From: Trypanosoma brucei
Lineage: Eukaryota
Direction: 5' to 3'
Assembly (NCBI GenBank): GCA_000002445.1
Contig: CM000207.1
Coordinates: 512,001-576,000 of the forward strand
DNA length: 64,000 nucleotides
In this document: positions 11,917 through 24,500 of the stretch, in pieces
How positions within the stretch are numbered: position 1 is the first letter of the stretch
Layout: every line of letters begins with the position of its first letter
The notes under the pieces: generated by a model
Databases searched by the model: none
What the model was told of the DNA's origin: nothing
The model's input: only the letters and a program-made list of their open reading frames with translations
Made by a program: the position numbers and the translations under genes

Positions 11917-12535
11917 TTACCTCAATACTCGCGTATGGTTTACTCCACGTTGACACGCGTGGTCACTACCCTCGCAGCCACGTGACGCGCACGAGGAGTT
12001 TTAACAATAAAAACTTGATAACTCTCTCCTCTGCTACTTACACTCTCAAGTAAAAAATTAACACAAACTACTTCCTACCTATTACAGTCAGTGATATGCT
12101 TAAAAAGATTAATACCTTTATTCTCTTTTCCTCTTGTCCTCAGGTTTACAGGAAAATACGAAAGGAATCAATCAATCAATCAACATATAAAGAGGATCAG
12201 CATCAACACGCATGCAACAACATGATCATCCACGAAAAAACATCACCAAAATCACGAGCAGCCGCAGCTACAATACACACACACAAACACACAGATGCGC
12301 AAAAACGTACACCGATACCACCTTTCTATATATGTCATAAAACAAGCAGCAACAAAAAAGCAACAGAAAAGAAACAAACGCACACAAACACACAGAAATT
12401 TAAAAATGTTAAAAAACAAATCCACATAAAAAAAAGCAACAATATATATGCAAAACAGCACAATCAGCACCAACGTACAGAAGCAATATAAAATATACAA
12501 ACAACAAAAGCTACACACAAAAAGTCAATAAAGCA
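10210..12535 (-). repeat. segmental tandem duplication, copy 2 (gene B plus flank); flank copy abuts the 3' end of the giant ORF
   Basis: See copy 1. The flank copy ends at about 12535, where the 600-bp repeat array sequence begins. The giant ORF's TGA (12525-12527) lies inside the flank-derived sequence. Confidence 0.9.
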
Positions 12536-15500
12536 TCCACACAGCAGTGTATGGACACTCGTGGAGACTCTCATCAATATCATCCTTCTTTAGGTTGTGT
12601 GGTGGGGTTATGGTAAATTCAAGTTTTAGCATTTCCTCGCTGTAACTCACCACCAAGTCCTGCACCTGTTCCTCATTAAGATGCAACTGAGCAGCCGTTT
12701 CTTTGGTAAAGGCACTTACGACATCAGGTTTCCTCTTCTCCAAAACATAATCCCAGTCCTCACCCTCAAACCCAACATAGTGTTTCGTCACCGTTCCTGT
12801 TGCAGAAGATGAATCCTTCATCATAGCCGCACGTGCAGCGGAAGCACGTGGCACATATAGTGACCACATCTCAGAGAAGGGGCATGCAGCAAGGGTACTT
12901 AATATATCAGCATCATTTAATGAGCACCCAATGACTTTATAATCAATCAACAGACTTCCGAGTCGGCAATCAATGATAACCGCCTGCTGTGGAGAGACAC
13001 CGAGAACACGCGCAGCGTCATTACGGAATGCGTTCTCCAACCCTTCACGATCACCACTAAGCACAAGATCCCAATCATCTCCCTCAAATTTCTCTGTCAA
13101 TACCGATGACTCCCGTGGTCTAAGTTCATACAGCATCCACACAGCAGTGTATGGACATTCATTAAGACGCTCATCAATATCATCCTTCTTTAAGTTGTGT
13201 GGTGGGGTTATGGTAAATTCAAGTTTTAGCATTTCCTCGCTGTAACTCAGCACCAAGTCCTGCACCTGTTCCTCATTAAGATGCAACTGAGCAGCCGTTT
13301 CTTTGGTAAAGGCACTTACGACATCAGGTTTCCTCTTCTCCAAAACATAATCCCAGTCCTCACCCTCAAACCCAACATAGTGTTTCGTCACCGTTTCTGT
13401 TGCAGAAGATGAATCCTTCATCATAGCCGCACGTGCAGCGGAAGCACGTGGCACATATAGTGACCACACTTCAGAGAAGGGACATGCAGCAAGGGTACTT
13501 AATATATCAGCATCATTTAATGAGCACCCAATGACTTTATAATCAATCAACAGACTTCCGAGTCGGCAATCAATGATAACCACCTGCTGTGGAGAGACAC
13601 CGAGAACACGCGCAGCGTCATTACGGAATGCGTTCTCCAACCCTTCACGATCACCACTAAGCACAAGATCCCAATCATCTCCCTCAAATTTTTCTGTCAA
13701 TACCGATGACTCCCGTGGTCTAGATTCATACAGCATCCACACAGCAGTGTATGGACATTCATTAAGACGCTCATCAATATCATCCTTCTTTAGGTTGTGT
13801 GGTAGGGTTATGGTAAATTCAAGTTTTAGCATTTCCTCGCTGTAACTCACCACCAAGTCCTGCACCTGTTCCTCATTAAGTTGCAACTGAGCAGCCGTTT
13901 CTTTGGTAAAGGCACTTACGACATCAGGTTTCCTCTTCTCCAAAACATAATCCCAGTCCTCACCCTCAAATTCCACGTGGTGTTGCGTAACCGTTTCTGT
14001 TGCAGAAGATGAATCCTTCATCATAGCCGCACGTGCAGCGGAAGCACGTGGCACATATAGTGACCACATCTCAGAGAAGGGACATGCAGCAAGGGTACTT
14101 AATATATCAGCATCATTTAATGAGCTCCCAATGACTTTATAATCAATCAACAGACTTCCGAGTCGGCAATCAATGATAACCACCTGCTGTGGAGAGACAC
14201 CGAGAACACGCGCAGCGTCATTACGGAATGCGTTCTCCAACCCTTCACGATCACCACTAAGCACAAGATCCCAATCATCTCCCTCAAATTTTTCTGTCAA
14301 TACCGATGACTCCCGTGGTCTAGATTCATACAGCATCCACACAGCAGTGTATGGACATTCATTAAGACGCTCATCAATATCATCCTTCTTTAGGTTGTGT
14401 GGTAGGGTTATGGTAAATTCAAGTTTTAGCATTTCCTCGCTGTAACTCACCACCAAGTCCTGCACCTGTTCCTCATTAAGTTGCAACTGAGCAGCCGTTT
14501 CTTTGGTAAAGGCACTTACGACATCAGGTTTCCTCTTCTCCAAAACATAATCCCAGTCCTCACCCTCAAATTCCACGTGGTGTTGCGTAACCGTTTCTGT
14601 TGCAGAAGATGAATCCTCCATCATAGCCGCACGTGCAGCGGAAGCACGTGGCACATATAGTGACCACACCTCAGAGAAGGGACATGCAGCAAGGGTACTT
14701 AATATATCAGCATCATTTAATGAGCTCCCAATGACTTTATAATCAATTAACAGACTTCCGAGTCGGCAATCAATGATAACCACCTGCTGTGGAGAGACAC
14801 CGAGAACACGCGCAGCGTCATTACGGAATGCGTTCTCCAACCCTTCACGATCACCACTAAGCACAAGATCCCAGTCATCTCCCTCAAATTTTTCTGTCAA
14901 TACCGATGACTCCCGTGGTCTAGATTCATACAGCATCCACACAGCAGTGTATGGACATTCATTAAGACGCTCATCAATATCATCCTTCTTTAGGTTGTGT
15001 GGTAGGGTTATGGTAAATTCAAGTTTTAGCATTTCCTCGCTGTAACTCACCACCAAGTCCTGCACCTGTTCCTCATTAAGTTGCAACTGAGCAGCCGTTT
15101 CTTTGGTAAAGGCACTTACGACATCAGGTTTCCTCTTCTCCAAAACATAATCCCAGTCCTCACCCTCAAATTCCACGTGGTGTTGCGTAACCGTTTCTGT
15201 TGCAGAAGATGAATCCTCCATCATAGCCGCACGTGCAGCGGAAGCACGTGGCACATATAGTGACCACATCTCAGAGAAGGGACATGCAGCAAGGGTACTT
15301 AATATATCAGCATCATTTAATGAGCTCCCAATGACTTTATAATCAATCAACAGACTTCCGAGTCGGCAATCAATGATAACCACCTGCTGTGGAGAGACAC
15401 CGAGAACACGCGCAGCGTCATTACGGAATGCGTTCTCCAACCCTTCACGATCACCACTAAGCACAAGATCCCAATCATCTCCCTCAAATTTTTCTGTCAG

Positions 15501-18500
15501 TACCGATGACTCCCGTGGTCTAGATTCATACAGCATCCACACAGCAGTGTATGGACATTCATTAAGACGCTCATCAATATCATCCTTCTTTAGGTTGTGT
15601 GGTAGGGTTATGGTAAATTCAAGTTTTAGCATTTCCTCGCTGTAACTCACCACCAAGTCCTGCACCTGTTCCTCATTAAGTTGCAACTGAGCAGCCGTTT
15701 CTTTGGTAAAGGCACTTACGACATCAGGTTTCCTCTTCTCCAAAACATAATCCCAGTCCTCACCCTCAAATTCCACGTGGTGTTGCGTAACCGTTTCTGT
15801 TGCAGAAGATGAATCCTTCATCATAGCCGCACGTGCAGCGGAAGCACGTGGCACATATAGTGACCACACCTCAGAGAAGGGACATGCAGCAAGGGTACTT
15901 AATATATCAGCATCATTTAATGAGCACCCAATGACTTTATAATCAATCAACAGACTTCCGAGTCGGCAATCAATGATAACCACCTGCTGTGGAGAGACAC
16001 CGAGAACACGCGCAGCGTCATTACGGAATGCGTTCTCCAACCCTTCACGATCACCACTAAGCACAAGATCCCAATCATCTCCCTCAAATTTCTCTGTCAA
16101 TACCGATGACTCCCGTGGTCTAGATTCATACAGCATCCACACAGCAGTGTATGGACATTCATTAAGACGCTCATCAACATCATCCTTCTTTAGGTTGTGT
16201 GGTAGGGTTATGGTAAATTCAAGTTTTAGCATTTCCTCGCTGTAACTCACCACCAAGTCCTGCACCTGTTCCTCATTAAGTTGCAACTGAGCAGCCGTTT
16301 CTTTGGTAAAGGCACTTACGACATCAGGTTTCCTCTTCTCCAAAACATAATCCCAGTCCTCACCCTCAAATTCCACGTGGTGTTGCGTAACCGTTTCTGT
16401 TGCAGAAGATGAATCCTCCATCATAGCCGCACGTGCAGCGGAAGCACGTGGCACATATAGTGACCACACCTCAGAGAAGGGACATGCAGCAAGGGTACTT
16501 AATATATCAGCATCATTTAATGAGCACCCAATGACTTTATAATCAATCAACAGACTTCCGAGTCGGCAATCAATGATAACCACCTGCTGTGGAGAGACAC
16601 CGAGAGCACACGCAGCGTCATTACGGAATGCGTTCTCCAACCCTTCACGATCACCACTAAGCACAAGATCCCAGTCATCTCCCTCAAATTTTTCTGTCAA
16701 TACCGATGACTCCCGTGGTCTAGGTTCATACAGCATCCACACAGCAGTGTATGGACATTCGTGGAGACGCTCATCAATATCATCCTTCTGTAGGTTGTGT
16801 GGTAGGGTTATGGTAAATTCAAGTTTTAGCATTTCCTCGCTGTAACTCACCACCAAGTCCTGCACCTGTTCCTCATTAAGTTGCAACTGAGCAGCCGTTT
16901 CTTTGGTAAAGGCACTTACGACATCAGGTTTCCTCTTCTCCAAAACATAATCCCAGTCCTCACCCTCAAATTCCACGTGGTGTTGCGTAACCGTTTCTGT
17001 TGCAGAAGATGAATCCTCCATCATAGCCGCACGTGCAGCGGAAGCACGTGGCACATATAGTGACCACATCTCAGAGAAGGGACATGCAGCAAGGGTACTT
17101 AATATATCAGCATCATTTAATGAGCACCCAATGACTTTATAATCAATCAACAGACTTCCGAGTCGGCAATCAATGATAACCACCTGCTGTGGAGAGACAC
17201 CGAGAGCACGCGCAGCGTCATTACGGAATGCGTTCTCCAACCCTTCACGATCACCACTAAGCACAAGATCCCAATCATCTCCCTCAAATTTCTCTGTCAA
17301 TACCGATGACTCCCGTGGTCTAGATTCATACAGCATCCACACAGCAGTGTATGGACATTCATTAAGACGCTCATCAATATCATCCTTCTTTAGGTTGTGT
17401 GGTAGGGTTATGGTAAATTCAAGTTTTAGCATTTCCTCGCTGTAACTCACCACCAAGTCCTGCACCTGTTCCTCATTAAGTTGCAACTGAGCAGCCGTTT
17501 CTTTGGTAAAGGCACTTACGACATCAGGTTTCCTCTTCTCCAAAACATAATCCCAGTCCTCACCCTCAAATTCCACGTGGTGTTGCGTAACCGTTTCTGT
17601 TGCAGAAGATGAATCCTCCATCATAGCCGCACGTGCAGCGGAAGCACGTGGCACATATAGTGACCACACCTCAGAGAAGGGACATGCAGCAAGGGTACTT
17701 AATATATCAGCATCATTTAATGAGCACCCAATGACTTTATAATCAATCAACAGACTTCCGAGTCGGCAATCAATGATAACCACCTGCTGTGGAGAGACAC
17801 CGAGAGCACACGCAGCGTCATTACGGAATGCGTTCTCCAACCCTTCACGATCACCACTAAGCACAAGATCCCAATCATCTCCCTCAAATTTCTCTGTCAA
17901 TACCGATGACTCCCGTGGTCTAGATTCATACAGCATCCACACAGCAGTGTATGGACATTCATTAAGACGCTCATCAACATCATCCTTCTTTAGGTTGTGT
18001 GGTAGGGTTATGGTAAATTCAAGTTTTAGCATTTCCTCGCTGTAACTCACCACCAAGTCCTGCACCTGTTCCTCATTAAGTTGCAACTGAGCAGCCGTTT
18101 CTTTGGTAAAGGCACTTACGACATCAGGTTTCCTCTTCTCCAAAACATAATCCCAGTCCTCACCCTCAAATTCCACGTGGTGTTGCGTAACCGTTTCTGT
18201 TGCAGAAGATGAATCCTCCATCATAGCCGCACGTGCAGCGGAAGCACGTGGCACATATAGTGACCACACCTCAGAGAAGGGACATGCAGCAAGGGTACTT
18301 AATATATCAGCATCATTTAATGAGCACCCAGTGACTTTATAATCAATCAACAGACTTCCGAGTCGGCAATCAATGATAACCACCTGCTGTGGAGAGACAC
18401 CGAGAACACGCGCAGCGTCATTACGGAATGCGTTCTCCAACCCTTCACGATCACCACTAAGCACAAGATCCCAATCATCTCCCTCAAATTTTTCTGTCAG

Positions 18501-21500
18501 TACCGATGACTCCCGTGGTCTAGGTTCATACAGCATCCACACAGCAGTGTATGGACATTCGTGGAGACGCTCATCAATATCATCCTTCTTTAGGTTGTGT
18601 GGTGGGGTTATGGTAAATTCAAGTTTTAGCATTTCCTCGCTGTAACTCACCACCAAGTCCTGCACCTGTTCCTCATTAAGTTGCAACTGAGCAGCCGTTT
18701 CTTTGGTAAAGGCACTTACGACATCAGGTTTCCTCTTCTCCAAAACATAATCCCAGTCCTCACCCTCAAATTCCACGTGGTGTTGCGTAACCGTTTCTGT
18801 TGCAGAAGATGAATCCTCCATCATAGCCGCACGTGCAGCGGAAGCACGTGGCACATATAGTGACCACACCTCAGAGAAGGGACATGCAGCAAGGTTACTT
18901 AATATATCAGCATCATTTAATGAGCACCCAATGACTTTATAATCAATCAACAGACTTCCGAGTCGGCAATCAATGATAACCACCTGCTGTGGAGAGACAC
19001 CGAGAGCACGCGCAGCGTCATTACGGAATGCGTTCTCCAACCCTTCACGATCACCACTAAGCACAAGATCCCAATCATCTCCCTCAAATTTTTCTGTCAA
19101 TACCGATGACTCCCGTGGTCTAGATTCATACAGCATCCACACAGCAGTGTATGGACATTCATTAAGACGCTCATCAACATCATCCTTCTTTAGGTTGTGT
19201 GGTAGGGTTATGGTAAATTCAAGTTTTAGCATTTCCTCGCTGTAACTCACCACCAAGTCCTGCACCTGTTCCTCATTAAGTTGCAACTGAGCAGCCGTTT
19301 CTTTGGTAAAGGCACTTACGACATCAGGTTTCCTCTTCTCCAAAACATAATCCCAGTCCTCACCCTCAAATTCCACGTGGTGTTGCGTAACCGTTTCTGT
19401 TGCAGAAGATGAATCCTTCATCATAGCCGCACGTGCAGCGGAAGCACGTGGCACATATAGTGACCACACTTCAGAGAAGGGACATGCAGCAAGGGTACTT
19501 AATATATCAGCATCATTTAATGAGCACCCAATGACTTTATAATCAATCAACAGACTTCCGAGTCGGCAATCAATGATAACCACCTGCTGTGGAGAGACAC
19601 CGAGAGCACGCGCAGCGTCATTACGGAATGCGTTCTCCAACCCTTCACGATCACCACTAAGCACAAGATCCCAATCATCTCCCTCAAATTTCTCTGTCAA
19701 TACCGATGACTCCCGTGGTCTAGATTCATACAGCATCCACACAGCAGTGTATGGACATTCATTAAGACGCTCATCAACATCATCCTTCTTTAGGTTGTGT
19801 GGTAGGGTTATGGTAAATTCAAGTTTTAGCATTTCCTCGCTGTAACTCACCACCAAGTCCTGCACCTGTTCCTCATTAAGTTGCAACTGAGCAGCCGTTT
19901 CTTTGGTAAAGGCACTTACGACATCAGGTTTCCTCTTCTCCAAAACATAATCCCAGTCCTCACCCTCAAATTCCACGTGGTGTTGCGTAACCGTTTCTGT
20001 TGCAGAAGATGAATCCTTCATCATAGCCGCACGTGCAGCGGAAGCACGTGGCACATATAGTGACCACACCTCAGAGAAGGGACATGCAGCAAGGGTACTT
20101 AATATATCAGCATCATTTAATGAGCACCCAATGACTTTATAATCAATCAACAGACTTCCGAGTCGGCAATCAATGATAACCACCTGCTGTGGAGAGACAC
20201 CGAGAACACGCGCAGCGTCATTACGGAATGCGTTCTCCAACCCTTCACGATCACCACTAAGCACAAGATCCCAATCATCTCCCTCAAATTTTTCTGTCAG
20301 TACCGATGACTCCCGTGGTCTAGATTCATACAGCATCCACACAGCAGTGTATGGACATTCATTAAGACGCTCATCAATATCATCCTTCTTTAGGTTGTGT
20401 GGTAGGGTTATGGTAAATTCAAGTTTTAGCATTTCCTCGCTGTAACTCACCACCAAGTCCTGCACCTGTTCCTCATTAAGTTGCAACTGAGCAGCCGTTT
20501 CTTTGGTAAAGGCACTTACGACATCAGGTTTCCTCTTCTCCAAAACATAATCCCAGTCCTCACCCTCAAATTCCACGTGGTGTTGCGTAACCGTTTCTGT
20601 TGCAGAAGATGAATCCTCCATCATAGCCGCACGTGCAGCGGAAGCACGTGGCACATATAGTGACCACACTTCAGAGAAGGGACATGCAGCAAGGGTACTT
20701 AATATATCAGCATCATTTAATGAGCTCCCAATGACTTTATAATCAATCAACAGACTTCCGAGTCGGCAATCAATGATAACCACCTGCTGTGGAGAGACAC
20801 CGAGAACACGCGCAGCGTCATTACGGAATGCGTTCTCCAACCCTTCACGATCACCACTAAGCACAAGATCCCAATCATCTCCCTCAAATTTTTCTGTCAG
20901 TACCGATGACTCCCGTGGTCTAGGTTCATACAGCATCCACACAGCAGTGTATGGACATTCGTGGAGACGCTCATCAATATCATCCTTCTTTAGGTTGTGT
21001 GGTGGGGTTATGGTAAATTCAAGTTTTAGCATTTCCTCGCTGTAACTCACCACCAAGTCCTGCACCTGTTCCTCATTAAGTTGCAACTGAGCAGCCGTTT
21101 CTTTGGTAAAGGCACTTACGACATCAGGTTTCCTCTTCTCCAAAACATAATCCCAGTCCTCACCCTCAAATTCCACGTGGTGTTGCGTAACCGTTTCTGT
21201 TGCAGAAGATGAATCCTTCATCATAGCCGCACGTGCAGCGGAAGCACGTGGCACATATAGTGACCACATCTCAGAGAAGGGACATGCAGCAAGGGTACTT
21301 AATATATCAGCATCATTTAATGAGCACCCAATGACTTTATAATCAATCAACAGACTTCCGAGTCGGCAATCAATGATAACCACCTGCTGTGGAGAGACAC
21401 CGAGAACACGCGCAGCGTCATTACGGAATGCGTTCTCCAACCCTTCACGATCACCACTAAGCACAAGATCCCAATCATCTCCCTCAAATTTTTCTGTCAA

Positions 21501-24500
21501 TACCGATGACTCCCGTGGTCTAGATTCATACAGCATCCACACAGCAGTGTATGGACATTCATTAAGACGCTCATCAATATCATCCTTCTTTAGGTTGTGT
21601 GGTGGGGTTATGGTAAATTCAAGTTTTAGCATTTCCTCGCTGTAACTCAGCACCAAGTCCTGCACCTGTTCCTCATTAAGATGCAACTGAGCAGCCGTTT
21701 CTTTGGTAAAGGCACTTACGACATCAGGTTTCCTCTTCTCCAAAACATAATCCCAGTCCTCACCCTCAAACCCAACATAGTGTTTCGTCACCGTTCCTGT
21801 TGCAGAAGATGAATCCTTCATCATAGCCGCACGTGCAGCGGAAGCACGTGGCACATATAGTGACCACATCTCAGAGAAGGGACATGCAGCAAGGGTACTT
21901 AATATATCAGAATCATTTAATGAGCGTCCAATGACTTTATAATCAATCAACAGACTTCCGAGTCGGCAATCAATGATAACCACCTGCTGTGGAGAGACAC
22001 CGAGAACACGCGCAGCGTCATTACGGAATGCGTTCTCCAACCCTTCACGATCACCACTAAGCACAAGATCCCAATCATCTCCCTCAAATTTTTCTGTCAA
22101 TACCGATGACTCCCGTGGTCTAGATTCATACAGCATCCACACAGCAGTGTATGGACATTCATTAAGACGCTCATCAATATCATCCTTCTTTAGGTTGTGT
22201 GGTGGGGTTATGGTAAATTCAAGTTTTAGCATTTCCTCGCTGTAACTCACCACCAAGTCCTGCACCTGTTCCTCATTAAGTTGCAACTGAGCAGCCGTTT
22301 CTTTGGTAAAGGCACTTACGACATCAGGTTTCCTCTTCTCCAAAACATAATCCCAGTCCTCACCCTCAAATTCCACGTGGTGTTGCGTAACCGTTTCTGT
22401 TGCAGAAGATGAATCCTTCATCATAGCCGCACGTGCAGCGGAAGCACGTGGCACATATAGTGACCACACTTCAGAGAAGGGACATGCAGCAAGGGTACTT
22501 AATATATCAGCATCATTTAATGAGCACCCAATGACTTTATAATCAATCAACAGACTTCCGAGTCGGCAATCAATGATAACCACCTGCTGTGGAGAGACAC
22601 CGAGAACACGCGCAGCGTCATTACGGAATGCGTTCTCCAACCCTTCACGATCACCACTAAGCACAAGATCCCAGTCATCTCCCTCAAATTTTTCTGTCAA
22701 TACCGATGACTCCCGTGGTCTAGATTCATACAGCATCCACACAGCAGTGTATGGACATTCATTAAGACGCTCATCAATATCATCCTTCTTTAGGTTGTGT
22801 GGTGGGGTTATGGTAAATTCAAGTTTTAGCATTTCCTCGCTGTAACTCACCACCAAGTCCTGCACCTGTTCCTCATTAAGTTGCAACTGAGCAGCCGTTT
22901 CTTTGGTAAAGGCACTTACGACATCAGGTTTCCTCTTCTCCAAAACATAATCCCAGTCCTCACCCTCAAATTCCACGTGGTGTTGCGTAACCGTTTCTGT
23001 TGCAGAAGATGAATCCTTCATCATAGCCGCACGTGCAGCGGAAGCACGTGGCACATATAGTGACCACATCTCAGAGAAGGGACATGCAGCAAGGGTACTT
23101 AATATATCAGAATCATTTAATGAGCACCCAATGACTTTATAATCAATCAACAGACTTCCGAGTCGGCAATCAATGATAACCACCTGCTGTGGAGAGACAC
23201 CGAGAACACGCGCAGCGTCATTACGGAATGCGTTCTCCAACCCTTCACGATCACCACTAAGCACAAGATCCCAGTCATCTCCCTCAAATTTCTCTGTCAA
23301 TACCGATGACTCCCGTGGTCTAGATTCATACAGCATCCACACAGCAGTGTATGGACATTCATTAAGACGCTCATCAATATCATCCTTCTTTAGGTTGTGT
23401 GGTAGGGTTATGGTAAATTCAAGTTTTAGCATTTCCTCGCTGTAACTCACCACCAAGTCCTGCACCTGTTCCTCATTAAGTTGCAACTGAGCAGCCGTTT
23501 CTTTGGTAAAGGCACTTACGACATCAGGTTTCCTCTTCTCCAAAACATAATCCCAGTCCTCACCCTCAAATTCCACGTGGTGTTGCGTAACCGTTTCTGT
23601 TGCAGAAGATGAATCCTTCATCATAGCCGCACGTGCAGCGGAAGCACGTGGCACATATAGTGACCACATCTCAGAGAAGGGACATGCAGCAAGGGTACTT
23701 AATATATCAGCATCATTTAATGAGCACCCAATGACTTTATAATCAATCAACAGACTTCCGAGTCGGCAATCAATGATAACCACCTGCTGTGGAGAGACAC
23801 CGAGAACACGCGCAGCGTCATTACGGAATGCGTTCTCCAACCCTTCACGATCACCACTAAGCACAAGATCCCAGTCATCTCCCTCAAATTTTTCTGTCAA
23901 TACCGATGACTCCCGTGGTCTAGATTCATACAGCATCCACACAGCAGTGTATGGACATTCATTAAGACGCTCATCAATATCATCCTTCTTTAGGTTGTGT
24001 GGTGGGGTTATGGTAAATTCAAGTTTTAGCATTTCCTCGCTGTAACTCACCACCAAGTCCTGCACCTGTTCCTCATTAAGTTGCAACTGAGCAGCCGTTT
24101 CTTTGGTAAAGGCACTTACGACATCAGGTTTCCTCTTCTCCAAAACATAATCCCAGTCCTCACCCTCAAATTCCACGTGGTGTTGCGTAACCGTTTCTGT
24201 TGCAGAAGATGAATCCTTCATCATAGCCGCACGTGCAGCGGAAGCACGTGGCACATATAGTGACCACACCTCAGAGAAGGGACATGCAGCAAGGGTACTT
24301 AATATATCAGCATCATTTAATGAGCACCCAATGACTTTATAATCAATCAACAGACTTCCGAGTCGGCAATCAATGATAACCACCTGCTGTGGAGAGACAC
24401 CGAGAACACGCGCAGCGTCATTACGGAATGCGTTCTCCAACCCTTCACGATCACCACTAAGCACAAGATCCCAGTCATCTCCCTCAAATTTTTCTGTCAA

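Noticed and set aside
7470-12535. 2.7-kb duplicated block as a transposable element
   Set aside because: There are no terminal inverted or direct repeats, no transposase or RT ORFs and no target-site duplication. The block is a gene plus its flank in tandem head-to-tail. This is segmental duplication.
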